A stretch of 24,507 nt of DNA from a virus (taxonomy: Duplodnaviria; Caudoviricetes): IMG/VR virus record IMGVR_UViG_3300037458_001170, positions 1 through 24,507 of that record. One strand, written 5' to 3'. The position numbers and the translations under genes are program-made. The notes beneath the pieces were generated by a model. That model worked only from the letters and a program-made list of their open reading frames with translations, was not told the DNA's origin and made no database searches. Shown piece by piece: positions 1-6,568 of the stretch; position 1 is the stretch's first letter; every line of letters starts with the position of its first letter.

Positions 1-1653
1 GGCGCGCTTGCCAGTGATCGCACCCGGCAGGCGGCCGAGCGCGCTTGCCCACCGCCCCCCGCGCCACGGGCTGCCGGCGAATACCTCGCCTAGCGCCGGG
101 TGCTTCTGCGCCACGGCCAGGCCTCCGGGGTAGCCTGCGGCCTGCACTTCGGCCACCCAGCGCAGCCCATGCGCCCGCAACGTCATGTCTGACGATCCGC
201 CGAGCTCTTCGCGCCGCGCGCGGTCTATCAGATCACCCAGCGGGGTGCGGGGCCCGCTCTGCCGGGCAGGTGAGCCGAGCAGGTGGGCGAGGCAGGCCTC
301 GCCATCGCTGGCAGCCACGTCTGCCGGCTGGTCATCCCACAGCCACGAGAACCGGCCGAGCAGTTCCTCAGCTTCCATGTCGTTCGGCGCCGCGTCGCGC
401 TGCATGCACCACGCGCCGGCGAGCAGGCTCCCGGCTTGGTCTGCCATGCGGGCGGCGAGGCCGCGCTCGGGGTCGCGCATCTTCCGCGCGAGGATGCCCA
501 GCGTGTCGAGATACCGGGGAAGGCCGGCGATGATGCGCGACCACAACCCGGCCGCGCTGTCATCCGCCCAGGCCTCGAGCTTTGCCAGGTCGAGGAACCC
601 GGCCGCGCGTTCGAGCGGCAGAAAGGTGATGCGTGAGCCGTCCTGCGCATGAAGCGGCGGCGGGTGGATCGATGCCCAGCACACGCACCCCACAGCCTCG
701 AACGTGGTCACATCCGTTCCGCCATCGCCAGCCTGCACCGCGCGCAAGCCCGTCCCGCCCGAGAGCAGGCGCGCGAGCTCCACGAGCTGCTGAAGCCGGT
801 TCGGTGCGCTCTCGCTGTCGTCGCCCTCGTCATAGAGCACCGGCGCCGCGCGGCCTGAGATCAGGCGGCGCAAGCCGGGCTCCGTCGAGCGGTTCACGTA
901 GCTGACGGTTGGCAGCATCCGCGCCACGGCACCCAGGAGCGTCGTCTTGCCCGTGCCACCAGGCGCGAGCAGCCACAGATGCGGGCGCCACGGCACGGCA
1001 TGGCCGAGGGCGGCGACGAACAGCCACCCGGCGAAGATTTCCGCCGCGTCGGGGTCTTGCCAGTTCCACGCACGCAGCCAGGCCACGAGCTGCCGGCCGA
1101 GCTCCTCGCCGCCCGGATCATCTGCCGGCGGGGTGACGGCGCCGGCGCGTGCATAGAATGCATCTTCGAGCACAAGGCCGGGCCTTCGCCACTTCGCGGC
1201 GCCGATCCTCAATTGATCGCCAGCGTGCACGAGCAGCCCGTCGCGCGTCGTCCACACGCCCACCCCGCGCTCGGCGAGGTGCGGAGGCAACACGCCCGCA
1301 TCAGCCGCGCGCGCCATCAGCGCCGCGCCCAGCCTCTTCGCGTTGAACGGCACCGAATGCATGCCGGACCGCTCCGGCGGGCACTCGCGAAGAACCCAGG
1401 GCACTAGGCCTCCGAACAAGGACAGGATTTCAGCCCAGCTCGAGAAGGCGGAGGGGGCGAGCTCGCGCCGCTGCCCGTGAACGTCAATGAACACCGCCAC
1501 ATCGCCCCGCATGCCGAGGGCTGACACGGGGCAATCGAACCACGAGACGGGCCGCTCTTGGGGCGCGGTGCCATCGCCCAGCGTGACCCGCCGCCGCTTC
1601 CGCTTCCGCGCTTCGTCAAGGTCGATCGGCCCGCCTTCTGCGTCATCCGTCAT
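1..1653 (-). CDS. Phage replication P-loop ATPase / helicase-like protein (primase-helicase C-terminal type), 3' end outside window
   Basis: Manual translation from ATG at 1653 (GGGAG RBS 9 nt upstream): MTDDAEGGPIDLDEARKRK...WRPHLWLLAPGGTGKTTLL...APVLYDEGD...QDGSRITFL...LAVAQKHPALGEVFAGSPWRGGRWASALGRLPGA. Open for 551 codons to the window edge, which is why the ORF track lacks it. Walker A (APGGTGKT) and Walker B (VLYDE) present. Confidence 0.8.
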   Translation of the reverse strand, partial: MTDDAEGGPIDLDEARKRKRRRVTLGDGTAPQERPVSWFDCPVSALGMRGDVAVFIDVHGQRRELAPSAFSSWAEILSLFGGLVPWVLRECPPERSGMHSVPFNAKRLGAALMARAADAGVLPPHLAERGVGVWTTRDGLLVHAGDQLRIGAAKWRRPGLVLEDAFYARAGAVTPPADDPGGEELGRQLVAWLRAWNWQDPDAAEIFAGWLFVAALGHAVPWRPHLWLLAPGGTGKTTLLGAVARMLPTVSYVNRSTEPGLRRLISGRAAPVLYDEGDDSESAPNRLQQLVELARLLSGGTGLRAVQAGDGGTDVTTFEAVGCVCWASIHPPPLHAQDGSRITFLPLERAAGFLDLAKLEAWADDSAAGLWSRIIAGLPRYLDTLGILARKMRDPERGLAARMADQAGSLLAGAWCMQRDAAPNDMEAEELLGRFSWLWDDQPADVAASDGEACLAHLLGSPARQSGPRTPLGDLIDRARREELGGSSDMTLRAHGLRWVAEVQAAGYPGGLAVAQKHPALGEVFAGSPWRGGRWASALGRLPGAITGKRA

Positions 1654-1677
1654 GCCCGGCAACTCCCTGTCACGCAT

Positions 1678-1694
1678 TGCCCATTTTGGGCATA
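1678..1694. promoter_or_regulatory. Palindromic operator-like site 1 (TGCCCA-TTT-TGGGCATA)
   Basis: 6-bp inverted repeat with 3-nt spacer; motif recurs at 1711-1729 and 2940-2956. Confidence 0.7.
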
Positions 1695-1702
1695 TCTTCC
1701 TG

Positions 1703-1731
1703 TTGCATCATATGCCCATGTTGGGCATAAA
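1703..1731 (+). promoter_or_regulatory. Putative sigma70 promoter (TTGCAT-N17-CATAAA) overlapped by operator-like site 2 (TATGCCCA-TGT-TGGGCATA, 1711-1729)
   Basis: -35-like TTGCAT at 1703-1708, 17-nt spacer, -10-like CATAAA at 1726-1731; 8-bp inverted repeat covers the spacer and -10; locally AT-rich. Confidence 0.6.
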
Positions 1732-1756
1732 GAGGGGGCGCGGCGCTGATGTCGGG

Positions 1757-1785
1757 CACGAAACGAAAGGGCACCACGATGACGA
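1757..1785 (+). repeat. 29-bp direct repeat copy 1 (CACGAAACGAAAGGGCACCACGATGACGA) containing RBS and ATG
   Basis: Identical to 1970-1998. Confidence 0.95.
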
Positions 1786-1955
1786 TCACGACGATGACGA
1801 TCACCCTTCAGAAAACCCGCCGCGGCTGGTTCTGGCAGGTCGATGGCGAGGACGGGATGACGATCCGCGATGCCGACGCACCGCACGCCACCGCCGCCGC
1901 CGCCGCGCGCGAGGCCGAAGCCTTCATCACCACACGCGAGAAGGCCGGGCGCTAA
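1779..1955 (+). CDS. Small hypothetical protein (58 aa), candidate anti-defence protein
   Basis: MTITTMTITLQKTRRGWFWQVDGEDG...; ATG at 1779 sits at the same position in the 29-bp repeat as the ardC ATG; ORF track begins at 1749. Confidence 0.65.
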   Translation: MTITTMTITLQKTRRGWFWQVDGEDGMTIRDADAPHATAAAAAREAEAFITTREKAGR

Positions 1956-1963
1956 GCCCGGCC
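1943..1963 (+). other. GC-rich hairpin GGCCGGGC-GCTAA-GCCCGGCC with the stop codon of the 58-aa ORF in the loop
   Basis: Perfect 8-bp inverted repeat; no U-tract follows. Confidence 0.7.
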
Positions 1964-1969
1964 ACCACA

Positions 1970-1998
1970 CACGAAACGAAAGGGCACCACGATGACGA
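1970..1998 (+). repeat. 29-bp direct repeat copy 2 containing RBS and ATG of ardC
   Basis: Identical to 1757-1785. Confidence 0.95.
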
Positions 1999-2879
1999 AA
2001 CAGTATCAGGCCGTGACGGATCGGATCGTTGCGATGATCGAGGCCGGCACGCGGCCATGGGCGCAGCCCTGGGGCGCGCCGGGATCGGGCGGTATCCGCC
2101 CCCTGCGCCATGACGGCACGCCCTACCGCGGCGCCAACGTCATCAACCTCTGGGCGGCTGCCCAGGTGCGCGGGTTCGATCAGCCGCGGTGGATGACGTT
2201 CAACCAGGCGAAGGACTATGGCGGCCACGTCATGAAGGGCGCCAAGGCCGAGCTCGCGTTCTATGTCGGCCAGGTGAAGCGCACGGAAGAGAACGCGAGC
2301 GGCGAGGAAGTCGAGCGCAACGTTTCCTTCCTCAAGTCCTACTGCGTGTTCAATGTGGCGGAGATCGCGGGCTTGCCGGCGGAGTTCTACGGCTTCAAGC
2401 GCGGCGAGCTGCTGGACCCCTCCGCCCGCATTCCGGCGGCTGATGCGTTCATCGCCAACACGGGCGCGGCCATCACCTGGGGCGGATCGCGGGCCTATTA
2501 CCAGCCCGCAACAGATCGTATCGCGATGCCTCCCTTTGAGCAGTTCTCGGAAGCTGCCGGCTACTACGGCACCGCGCTGCACGAGCTCGCGCACTGGACC
2601 AAGGCGCCGCACCCGCTTGACCGTGACCTCGGCCGCAAGCGGTTTGGTGATGCCGGCTATGCCATGGAAGAGCTGGTTGCCGAGCTCGCGGCGGCCTTCC
2701 TCTGCTGTGATCTGGGCGTGACGCCCGAGCCGCGCGAGGATCACGCGGCCTATGTCGAGGGCTGGCTTTCGGTGCTGAAGAGCGACAACCGCGCGATCTT
2801 CTCCGCCGCATCCTATGCCGAGAAGGCCGCGGCCTACCTGCACGAGTGCCAGGCCGCGCCGGCCGCTGTCGCAGCGTGA
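1992..2879 (+). CDS. ardC: ArdC-family antirestriction protein (N-terminal ssDNA-binding domain + zincin-like metallopeptidase)
   Basis: YQAVTDRIVAMIEAGTRPWAQPW, YRGANVINLW, WMTFNQAK, VFNVAEI, AYYQPATDRIAMP, HELAHWT (HExxH), YAMEELVAEL, HAAYVEGWLSVLKSDNRAIFSAASYAEKA are the ArdC signature motifs. Confidence 0.92.
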   Translation: MTKQYQAVTDRIVAMIEAGTRPWAQPWGAPGSGGIRPLRHDGTPYRGANVINLWAAAQVRGFDQPRWMTFNQAKDYGGHVMKGAKAELAFYVGQVKRTEENASGEEVERNVSFLKSYCVFNVAEIAGLPAEFYGFKRGELLDPSARIPAADAFIANTGAAITWGGSRAYYQPATDRIAMPPFEQFSEAAGYYGTALHELAHWTKAPHPLDRDLGRKRFGDAGYAMEELVAELAAAFLCCDLGVTPEPREDHAAYVEGWLSVLKSDNRAIFSAASYAEKAAAYLHECQAAPAAVAA

Positions 2880-2880
2880 C

Positions 2881-2922
2881 GCATGCCCTAGGCGGAGGCC
2901 GCGGCCTCCGCCCTCGGCATGC
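2881..2922. terminator. Long hairpin after ardC (perfect 22-bp palindrome GGCGGAGGCCGCGGCCTCCGCC at 2891-2912 plus outer GCATGCC/GGCATGC stem)
   Basis: Inverted repeats read directly; no clear U-tract, so the terminator role is uncertain. Confidence 0.5.
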
Positions 2923-2939
2923 GCCACGGTGGCGCAGGC

Positions 2940-2956
2940 TGCCCAGATCGGGCATA
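2940..2956. promoter_or_regulatory. Operator-like site 3 (TGCCCA-GAT-CGGGCATA)
   Basis: One-mismatch copy of the 1678/1711 palindromes, upstream of the 85-aa ORF and HTH gene; overlaps a -10-like TAGTGT at 2955-2960. Confidence 0.65.
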
Positions 2957-2984
2957 GTGTAAACCGCAACAGGGAGTGAGAGAG

Positions 2985-3242
2985 ATGGCCAGCGAAGCTT
3001 ACAGCGCGATTGTTGCCCACATGACCGCCAACGGGCTGAACGACGCGAACATGGTGGAGGAGTTCTTCCGCACCGAGACAGACGCACAACTTGTAGACGA
3101 GATGATCAAGGGCCACGGGCTTGACCGCGTGCTTGTTGACGATCGGCGGTCGTGGATGGCAGAGCACGGCGTCAGCCGCGCCGATCTCATCGACCTGATG
3201 GCGCTTTATCGCGATGCGTTCGCGGCAGAGCGGGCGGCATGA
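2985..3242 (+). CDS. Small acidic hypothetical protein (85 aa), candidate anti-defence protein
   Basis: MASEAYSAIVAHMTANGLND...; GGGAG RBS about 8 nt upstream; 16 D/E vs 8 K/R; stop overlaps the next ATG (ATGA). Confidence 0.7.
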   Translation: MASEAYSAIVAHMTANGLNDANMVEEFFRTETDAQLVDEMIKGHGLDRVLVDDRRSWMAEHGVSRADLIDLMALYRDAFAAERAA

Positions 3243-3439
3243 CGCCCGACCGGCTTCTGGAATGCCTCGACATCCTGGGATGGTCCCAGCGCGCGCTGGC
3301 GGCGCGTCTGGGCTATCCGTCGCACACGAGCGTGAAGCAATGGGCGCAAGGCCGAGGCCGCGTCCCTGATGACGTGGCGCGCTGGCTCGAGACGCTGGCA
3401 CGCCACCACGAACGGCACCCGGCGCCGCCACGGGGGTAA
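3239..3439 (+). CDS. Small XRE-type HTH regulator (66 aa), Aca-like position at end of island
   Basis: MTPDRLLECLDILGWSQRALAARLGYPSHTSVKQWAQGRGRVPDDVARWL: GWSQ..LA..LG.....V..W..G...VP HTH pattern; ATGA coupling with upstream gene. Confidence 0.8.
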   Translation: MTPDRLLECLDILGWSQRALAARLGYPSHTSVKQWAQGRGRVPDDVARWLETLARHHERHPAPPRG

Positions 3440-4075
3440 TCACGCGGCCACCATCACGCGGGGGAGGTCGGGCACCTGCCGGCGCATGAACCGCTGCACC
3501 GCCTCGCCATGCGCCAGGTCATCGCAGATGATCGGCGCACGCTGCGCGCGGAGAAGGGCTTGTTTCTGGCTGGCGGTGCCGAGCGGCAGCACCCCGGCGG
3601 CCAGGCCGCGCAGCCAGGCCATGGGGCTCTGCACCAGGCGCAGCGGCGCATCTGGGTCAACCGTGCCGAGCGCGTCGGCGTCGGCCGTGAGCACCGCCCG
3701 CACGCGCGAAAGCGTGGCATCGCATGCCGCGATGTCGCGCACATCAGATCCCATGAGAGGCTCCGCCGCCGCGCCCAGGGCATCGCGCAGCGCCGCGGCC
3801 TCCGTCTCGCCCGGCTCGCCTTCCACCTGCCAGGCCGCCCAGCCGCGCACCGCCACGAGCCAGCGATGCGCCCGCACGGGCGCGGGCTTGTCGAGGTCGG
3901 GCGCAAGCTGGAAGAGCTCGCCTTGGTCGACCACGGGCGCGAGCGTCAGCACGCCATCGAGCAGCGCGAGCACCGAGGGGCTTGTCACGGTAGGGAACAC
4001 GCGCGCGATGAGGTCGGCCGAATAGACGCGCCGCTGGTAGGCCTTCGCCGCCTGCCACACCGCCCCCGCGTCCAT
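3440..4075 (-). CDS. Phage hypothetical protein (211 aa), possibly a replication-associated degenerate TOPRIM-like protein
   Basis: TGATG coupling to the upstream gene; C-terminal LRLVQSPMAWLR...GVLPL...IICDDLAHGEAV; position in the early operon; function is inference. Confidence 0.6.
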   Translation of the reverse strand: MDAGAVWQAAKAYQRRVYSADLIARVFPTVTSPSVLALLDGVLTLAPVVDQGELFQLAPDLDKPAPVRAHRWLVAVRGWAAWQVEGEPGETEAAALRDALGAAAEPLMGSDVRDIAACDATLSRVRAVLTADADALGTVDPDAPLRLVQSPMAWLRGLAAGVLPLGTASQKQALLRAQRAPIICDDLAHGEAVQRFMRRQVPDLPRVMVAA

Positions 4076-4326
4076 CAGCCACCCACCAGGCGCTTGCGAT
4101 AGCGCTTCATCGCCGCGGGCACGTTCGGGTGTCGGAGGAACGTCAGCACGGCCTCATTCAGCGCCACGTCACATGGCGTGCAGATCGCTCGAAAGGCGCG
4201 ATCATCAGCGCACACCTGCCACTGATGATCGGCCGGGCGCCCGCACCGCACGCACGGCACGCGGCTGATGCCGGCGGCCGTGTAGGGCTCGCGCCGCGGC
4301 CGCCGGTGCCACCCCGGCTTGCCCAT
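4075..4326 (-). CDS. Small Zn-finger-like protein (83 aa)
   Basis: MGKPGWHRR...PCVRCG...WQVC...ICTPCD; CxxC...CxxC; TGATG overlaps at both ends. Confidence 0.7.
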   Translation of the reverse strand: MGKPGWHRRPRREPYTAAGISRVPCVRCGRPADHQWQVCADDRAFRAICTPCDVALNEAVLTFLRHPNVPAAMKRYRKRLVGG

Positions 4327-4661
4327 CAGCCCTCGGCCTCGACCATTGCCGCCGCCCGCGGCCCATGCGCGCGCTCTAGGTCGGCGAGCGCGTTGGCGAG
4401 CTGCAAGGCGCACACGAGCTCGGTCTGAACCGCGGCGACCGAGCCATATGCACGGAGCGACGCGGCCAGGCGGCCCAGCCGCTTTGCCACCGTGGCCTGT
4501 TCCTCGCTGATGACCTTCGAGAGACTGTCGGGCGTGATGTCCACGAGGGCGCCGCTGGCATCGAACAGGCAGCGCACCACCACCGCGGTCGCGCCGCCGC
4601 GAACGGTTGCGTCCATCTCCGCCCGCTGCCCGGCGATCGGCACCAGCGCCGGCGCGGTCAT
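4326..4661 (-). CDS. Hypothetical protein (111 aa)
   Basis: Start and stop overlap the neighbouring genes; protein-like composition. Confidence 0.65.
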   Translation of the reverse strand: MTAPALVPIAGQRAEMDATVRGGATAVVVRCLFDASGALVDITPDSLSKVISEEQATVAKRLGRLAASLRAYGSVAAVQTELVCALQLANALADLERAHGPRAAAMVEAEG

Positions 4662-5038
4662 GCCCGCCGCCGCGTCGGCTGCGCGGGCAGGCCGAGCGCG
4701 ACGGCCTTGGCCTCGATGGCGCGGCGCGTGCGGCCAGGGAGGGCCGCATAGGCGGCATTCATCCCGCCGCGCTGCCAGGCCTGCACCAACGCTTCAATTT
4801 CGGCCTTGCGCCAGTGGGGCTTGGCATCGCGCGGCGGCTCGCCCGTCACCGCGGCATGCGCCGAGAACCAGACGAGAAGCTCCATCAGCCCCGTCTCGCG
4901 GTTCCGCCGCTGCGCCGTGCGCCAGCCGCCCCGCGGGATGGACGACAGCGGCACCGGCGTGCCGTCACGCTCCACCCACCGCATTTGCCCGCCGATCTCG
5001 CGCGCCTCGGCCACCACATGCCAGGTCGGGCCGCTCAC
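4658..5038 (-). CDS. Hypothetical protein (126 aa) with C-terminal Myb/SANT-like helical motif
   Basis: WRKAEIEALVQAW...AYAALPGRTRRAIEAKAVALGL; coupled to neighbours. Confidence 0.6.
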   Translation of the reverse strand: MSGPTWHVVAEAREIGGQMRWVERDGTPVPLSSIPRGGWRTAQRRNRETGLMELLVWFSAHAAVTGEPPRDAKPHWRKAEIEALVQAWQRGGMNAAYAALPGRTRRAIEAKAVALGLPAQPTRRRA

Positions 5039-5397
5039 AGCCGCCCCTCCGAAAAGGCGCCCCCGGCCGTTCGTTCGGCGGCCGAGGGCGAGTTCAGGGA
5101 GGAAACGTCCAAGACCACACGGGCGAGGAATGCCCGTGGCGCCAGCCGAGAGCTGGCCTGTGTGCGCCGCCTGCGGGCCAGCAGGGCGGCGGCATCGGGG
5201 GAAGCGTGCTCCGGCGCCCGCGCCAGCGCGTCGCGATACCGCGCCAGCACCGTCTCGGCCGCGGCCTCGATAAGGTCGCGGAACACAGGCGAGGAGGAAA
5301 AAGGGCCGGCGGCGCTGGCGGGCGAGTGGCCAGTAGGTGCCGCCGGGGCGCGATCGACGGCGTGGGCGCGCCGGATCGCTGCACGGGGTTTCGTCAT
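5035..5397 (-). CDS. Hypothetical protein (120 aa) directly downstream of the cro-like gene
   Basis: ATGA overlap with the cro-like stop and GTGA overlap with the next gene. Confidence 0.5.
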   Translation of the reverse strand: MTKPRAAIRRAHAVDRAPAAPTGHSPASAAGPFSSSPVFRDLIEAAAETVLARYRDALARAPEHASPDAAALLARRRRTQASSRLAPRAFLARVVLDVSSLNSPSAAERTAGGAFSEGRL

Positions 5398-5618
5398 GCC
5401 GCCACCTCGGCCGAGGCTTCGGCCGGCGGGGATGGCGGGCGGTAACTGTCCATGAAGGTTTCGGCCCTAGTGATCAGGGCGAGGGTCGCCTTGCCCTGCC
5501 GCAGCCGGCCGATGAACTTGTGATCGCCCACCGCGGCCAGGCCGAAGCGGCGCTCGGTCATGTCATGCGCGGCGCAGAAGCGCTCGATGCGGGTGAGCAG
5601 GATGTCGCGAACCGTCAT
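5394..5618 (-). CDS. Cro-like small DNA-binding protein (74 aa)
   Basis: MTVRDILLTRIERFCAAHDMTERRFGLAAVGDHKFIGRLRQGKATLALITRAETFM; divergent from the cI-like gene; AGAGGG RBS; resembles alphaproteobacterial phage Cro-like proteins. Confidence 0.75.
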   Translation of the reverse strand: MTVRDILLTRIERFCAAHDMTERRFGLAAVGDHKFIGRLRQGKATLALITRAETFMDSYRPPSPPAEASAEVAA

Positions 5619-5630
5619 GCCCTCTGTTGT

Positions 5631-5704
5631 GGGGTATCTTTCTCCCATCGCGCAAGAGGAAACTTCACCCGTGCATCCACCGGGGGCCGGGAGCATTTTC
5701 TCCC
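5631..5704. promoter_or_regulatory. OR-like region: three 16-bp imperfect palindromic operators (5631-5646, 5655-5670, 5689-5704)
   Basis: GGGGTATCTTTCTCCC, AGAGGAAACTTCACCC, GGGAGCATTTTCTCCC; idealised palindrome GGGAGAAATTTCTCCC; lies between divergent cro and cI. Confidence 0.75.
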
Positions 5705-5706
5705 TG

Positions 5707-6126
5707 ATGAACGCCGTGGCCGCCCTGTTCGAGGCCGCACGTCAGCGGCTTGAACTATCCGAGCATGAAGCGTGCGCGCGCGCCGGGGTGAACTCGTCGG
5801 CGCTCAAGAACCTGCGCAGCGGCAAGGCTCAATATCCGCGCCTCGATACTGCCGCGCGACTGTGCGCGGTTCTGCACATCCCACCGGCGCTTGCCTTTGC
5901 GGCGGCTTTTGACCGCGCGGTGAGCCCTGATGAACTGACCATCAGCGAGCTTTACGCGCGCTTGTCACCCGAGCATCGGTCGCAACTTTTGCAGATGGCC
6001 GAGACGATGGTGAGGGCCGAGCAGGCCCCGCCCCTGCCACCGCCCGATCTGCGACCGGCCGCCGCGCGCCACCAGGCCGCACCGCCACCCTTGCGCCGGC
6101 CCCGGTTCACGCTGCATGAGGAGTGA
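5707..6126 (+). CDS. CI-like XRE HTH repressor (139 aa) without an S24 peptidase domain
   Basis: LSEHEACARAGVNSSALKNLRSGKAQYPRLDTAARLCAVLHI HTH; C-terminal ELYARLSPEHRSQLLQMAE helix; divergent from cro. Confidence 0.75.
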   Translation: MNAVAALFEAARQRLELSEHEACARAGVNSSALKNLRSGKAQYPRLDTAARLCAVLHIPPALAFAAAFDRAVSPDELTISELYARLSPEHRSQLLQMAETMVRAEQAPPLPPPDLRPAAARHQAAPPPLRRPRFTLHEE

Positions 6127-6148
6127 GGCGGCGGATAGGGGGCGAGCG

Positions 6149-6502
6149 ATGAACCTGCGATGGAGCATTCCGGCCGGCATCTGGGGCACCATCCTTGCGG
6201 TGGCGCTGCTGGCGACGGTGGCGGATCAGTATCGCCCCATCTCGCTGCTCGTGCGCGCCGCCGCCGTTGCGTTGACCGACCCCGTGCTGCTCGTGCTGGC
6301 CCTCGTGGCCGGGTTCGTCGCGCGAGACGCGCGCGCCTTCATCGCCCTGAGCCTGCTCGCCGTGCTGGCCGCCGCCACGGCCGAAGCGCTGCTGCACCCA
6401 GTCGATCCGTGGGGCTATTCCCTGGCCCCGCAATTCGTCGCCGGCCTGGGCTTGGCGTCGATCACCTGGGCCATGCGGCCGAGGCCCCTATCGGCCGGGT
6501 GA
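6149..6502 (+). CDS. Multi-pass membrane protein (117 aa), possible superinfection exclusion / lysogenic conversion
   Basis: About four hydrophobic segments; directly downstream of cI; AGGGGG RBS. Confidence 0.6.
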   Translation: MNLRWSIPAGIWGTILAVALLATVADQYRPISLLVRAAAVALTDPVLLVLALVAGFVARDARAFIALSLLAVLAAATAEALLHPVDPWGYSLAPQFVAGLGLASITWAMRPRPLSAG

Positions 6503-6545
6503 AATTTACCTTGTGACACCCTATCGCATGGGGTAACTTTCTCCC
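6497..6545. promoter_or_regulatory. OL-like region: two 16-bp operators (6497-6512 GGGTGAAATTTACCTT; 6530-6545 GGGGTAACTTTCTCCC)
   Basis: 6530-6545 differs from 5631-5646 at one position; upstream of the rightward operon. Confidence 0.75.
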
Positions 6546-6568
6546 GTCATCAACGGCGGGAGGTTCCC

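Larger units (their letters stand above)
1654..3439 (+). other. Inverted accessory island (small ORF - ardC - small ORF - HTH) inside the leftward early operon
   Basis: Four + strand genes between two - strand early genes; own promoter-like region, operators, repeats and hairpins. Confidence 0.7.

Noticed and set aside
45-1646. Many short ORFs in the track over the left 1.6 kb
   Set aside because: All overlap the real - strand ATPase frame (1-1653), which the track omits because its stop is outside the window
1757-1998. CRISPR mini-array or solitary CRISPR-repeat RNA (29-bp repeats, GAAAC motif)
   Set aside because: Only two copies 213 bp apart, non-palindromic, containing RBS and ATG with a gene between them; no cas genes and no resemblance to a repeat family I recognise
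2985-3439. Type II toxin-antitoxin pair (85-aa ORF + HTH)
   Set aside because: The upstream protein is acidic and shows no RelE/HigB/HicA-like motif; not excluded, but the shared operators across the island fit an Aca-like regulator better
5560-5706. Longer starts for the cI-like (5560) and cro-like (5696) genes in the ORF track
   Set aside because: They would overlap each other and the operator region; ATGs at 5707 and 5618 fit the domain boundaries
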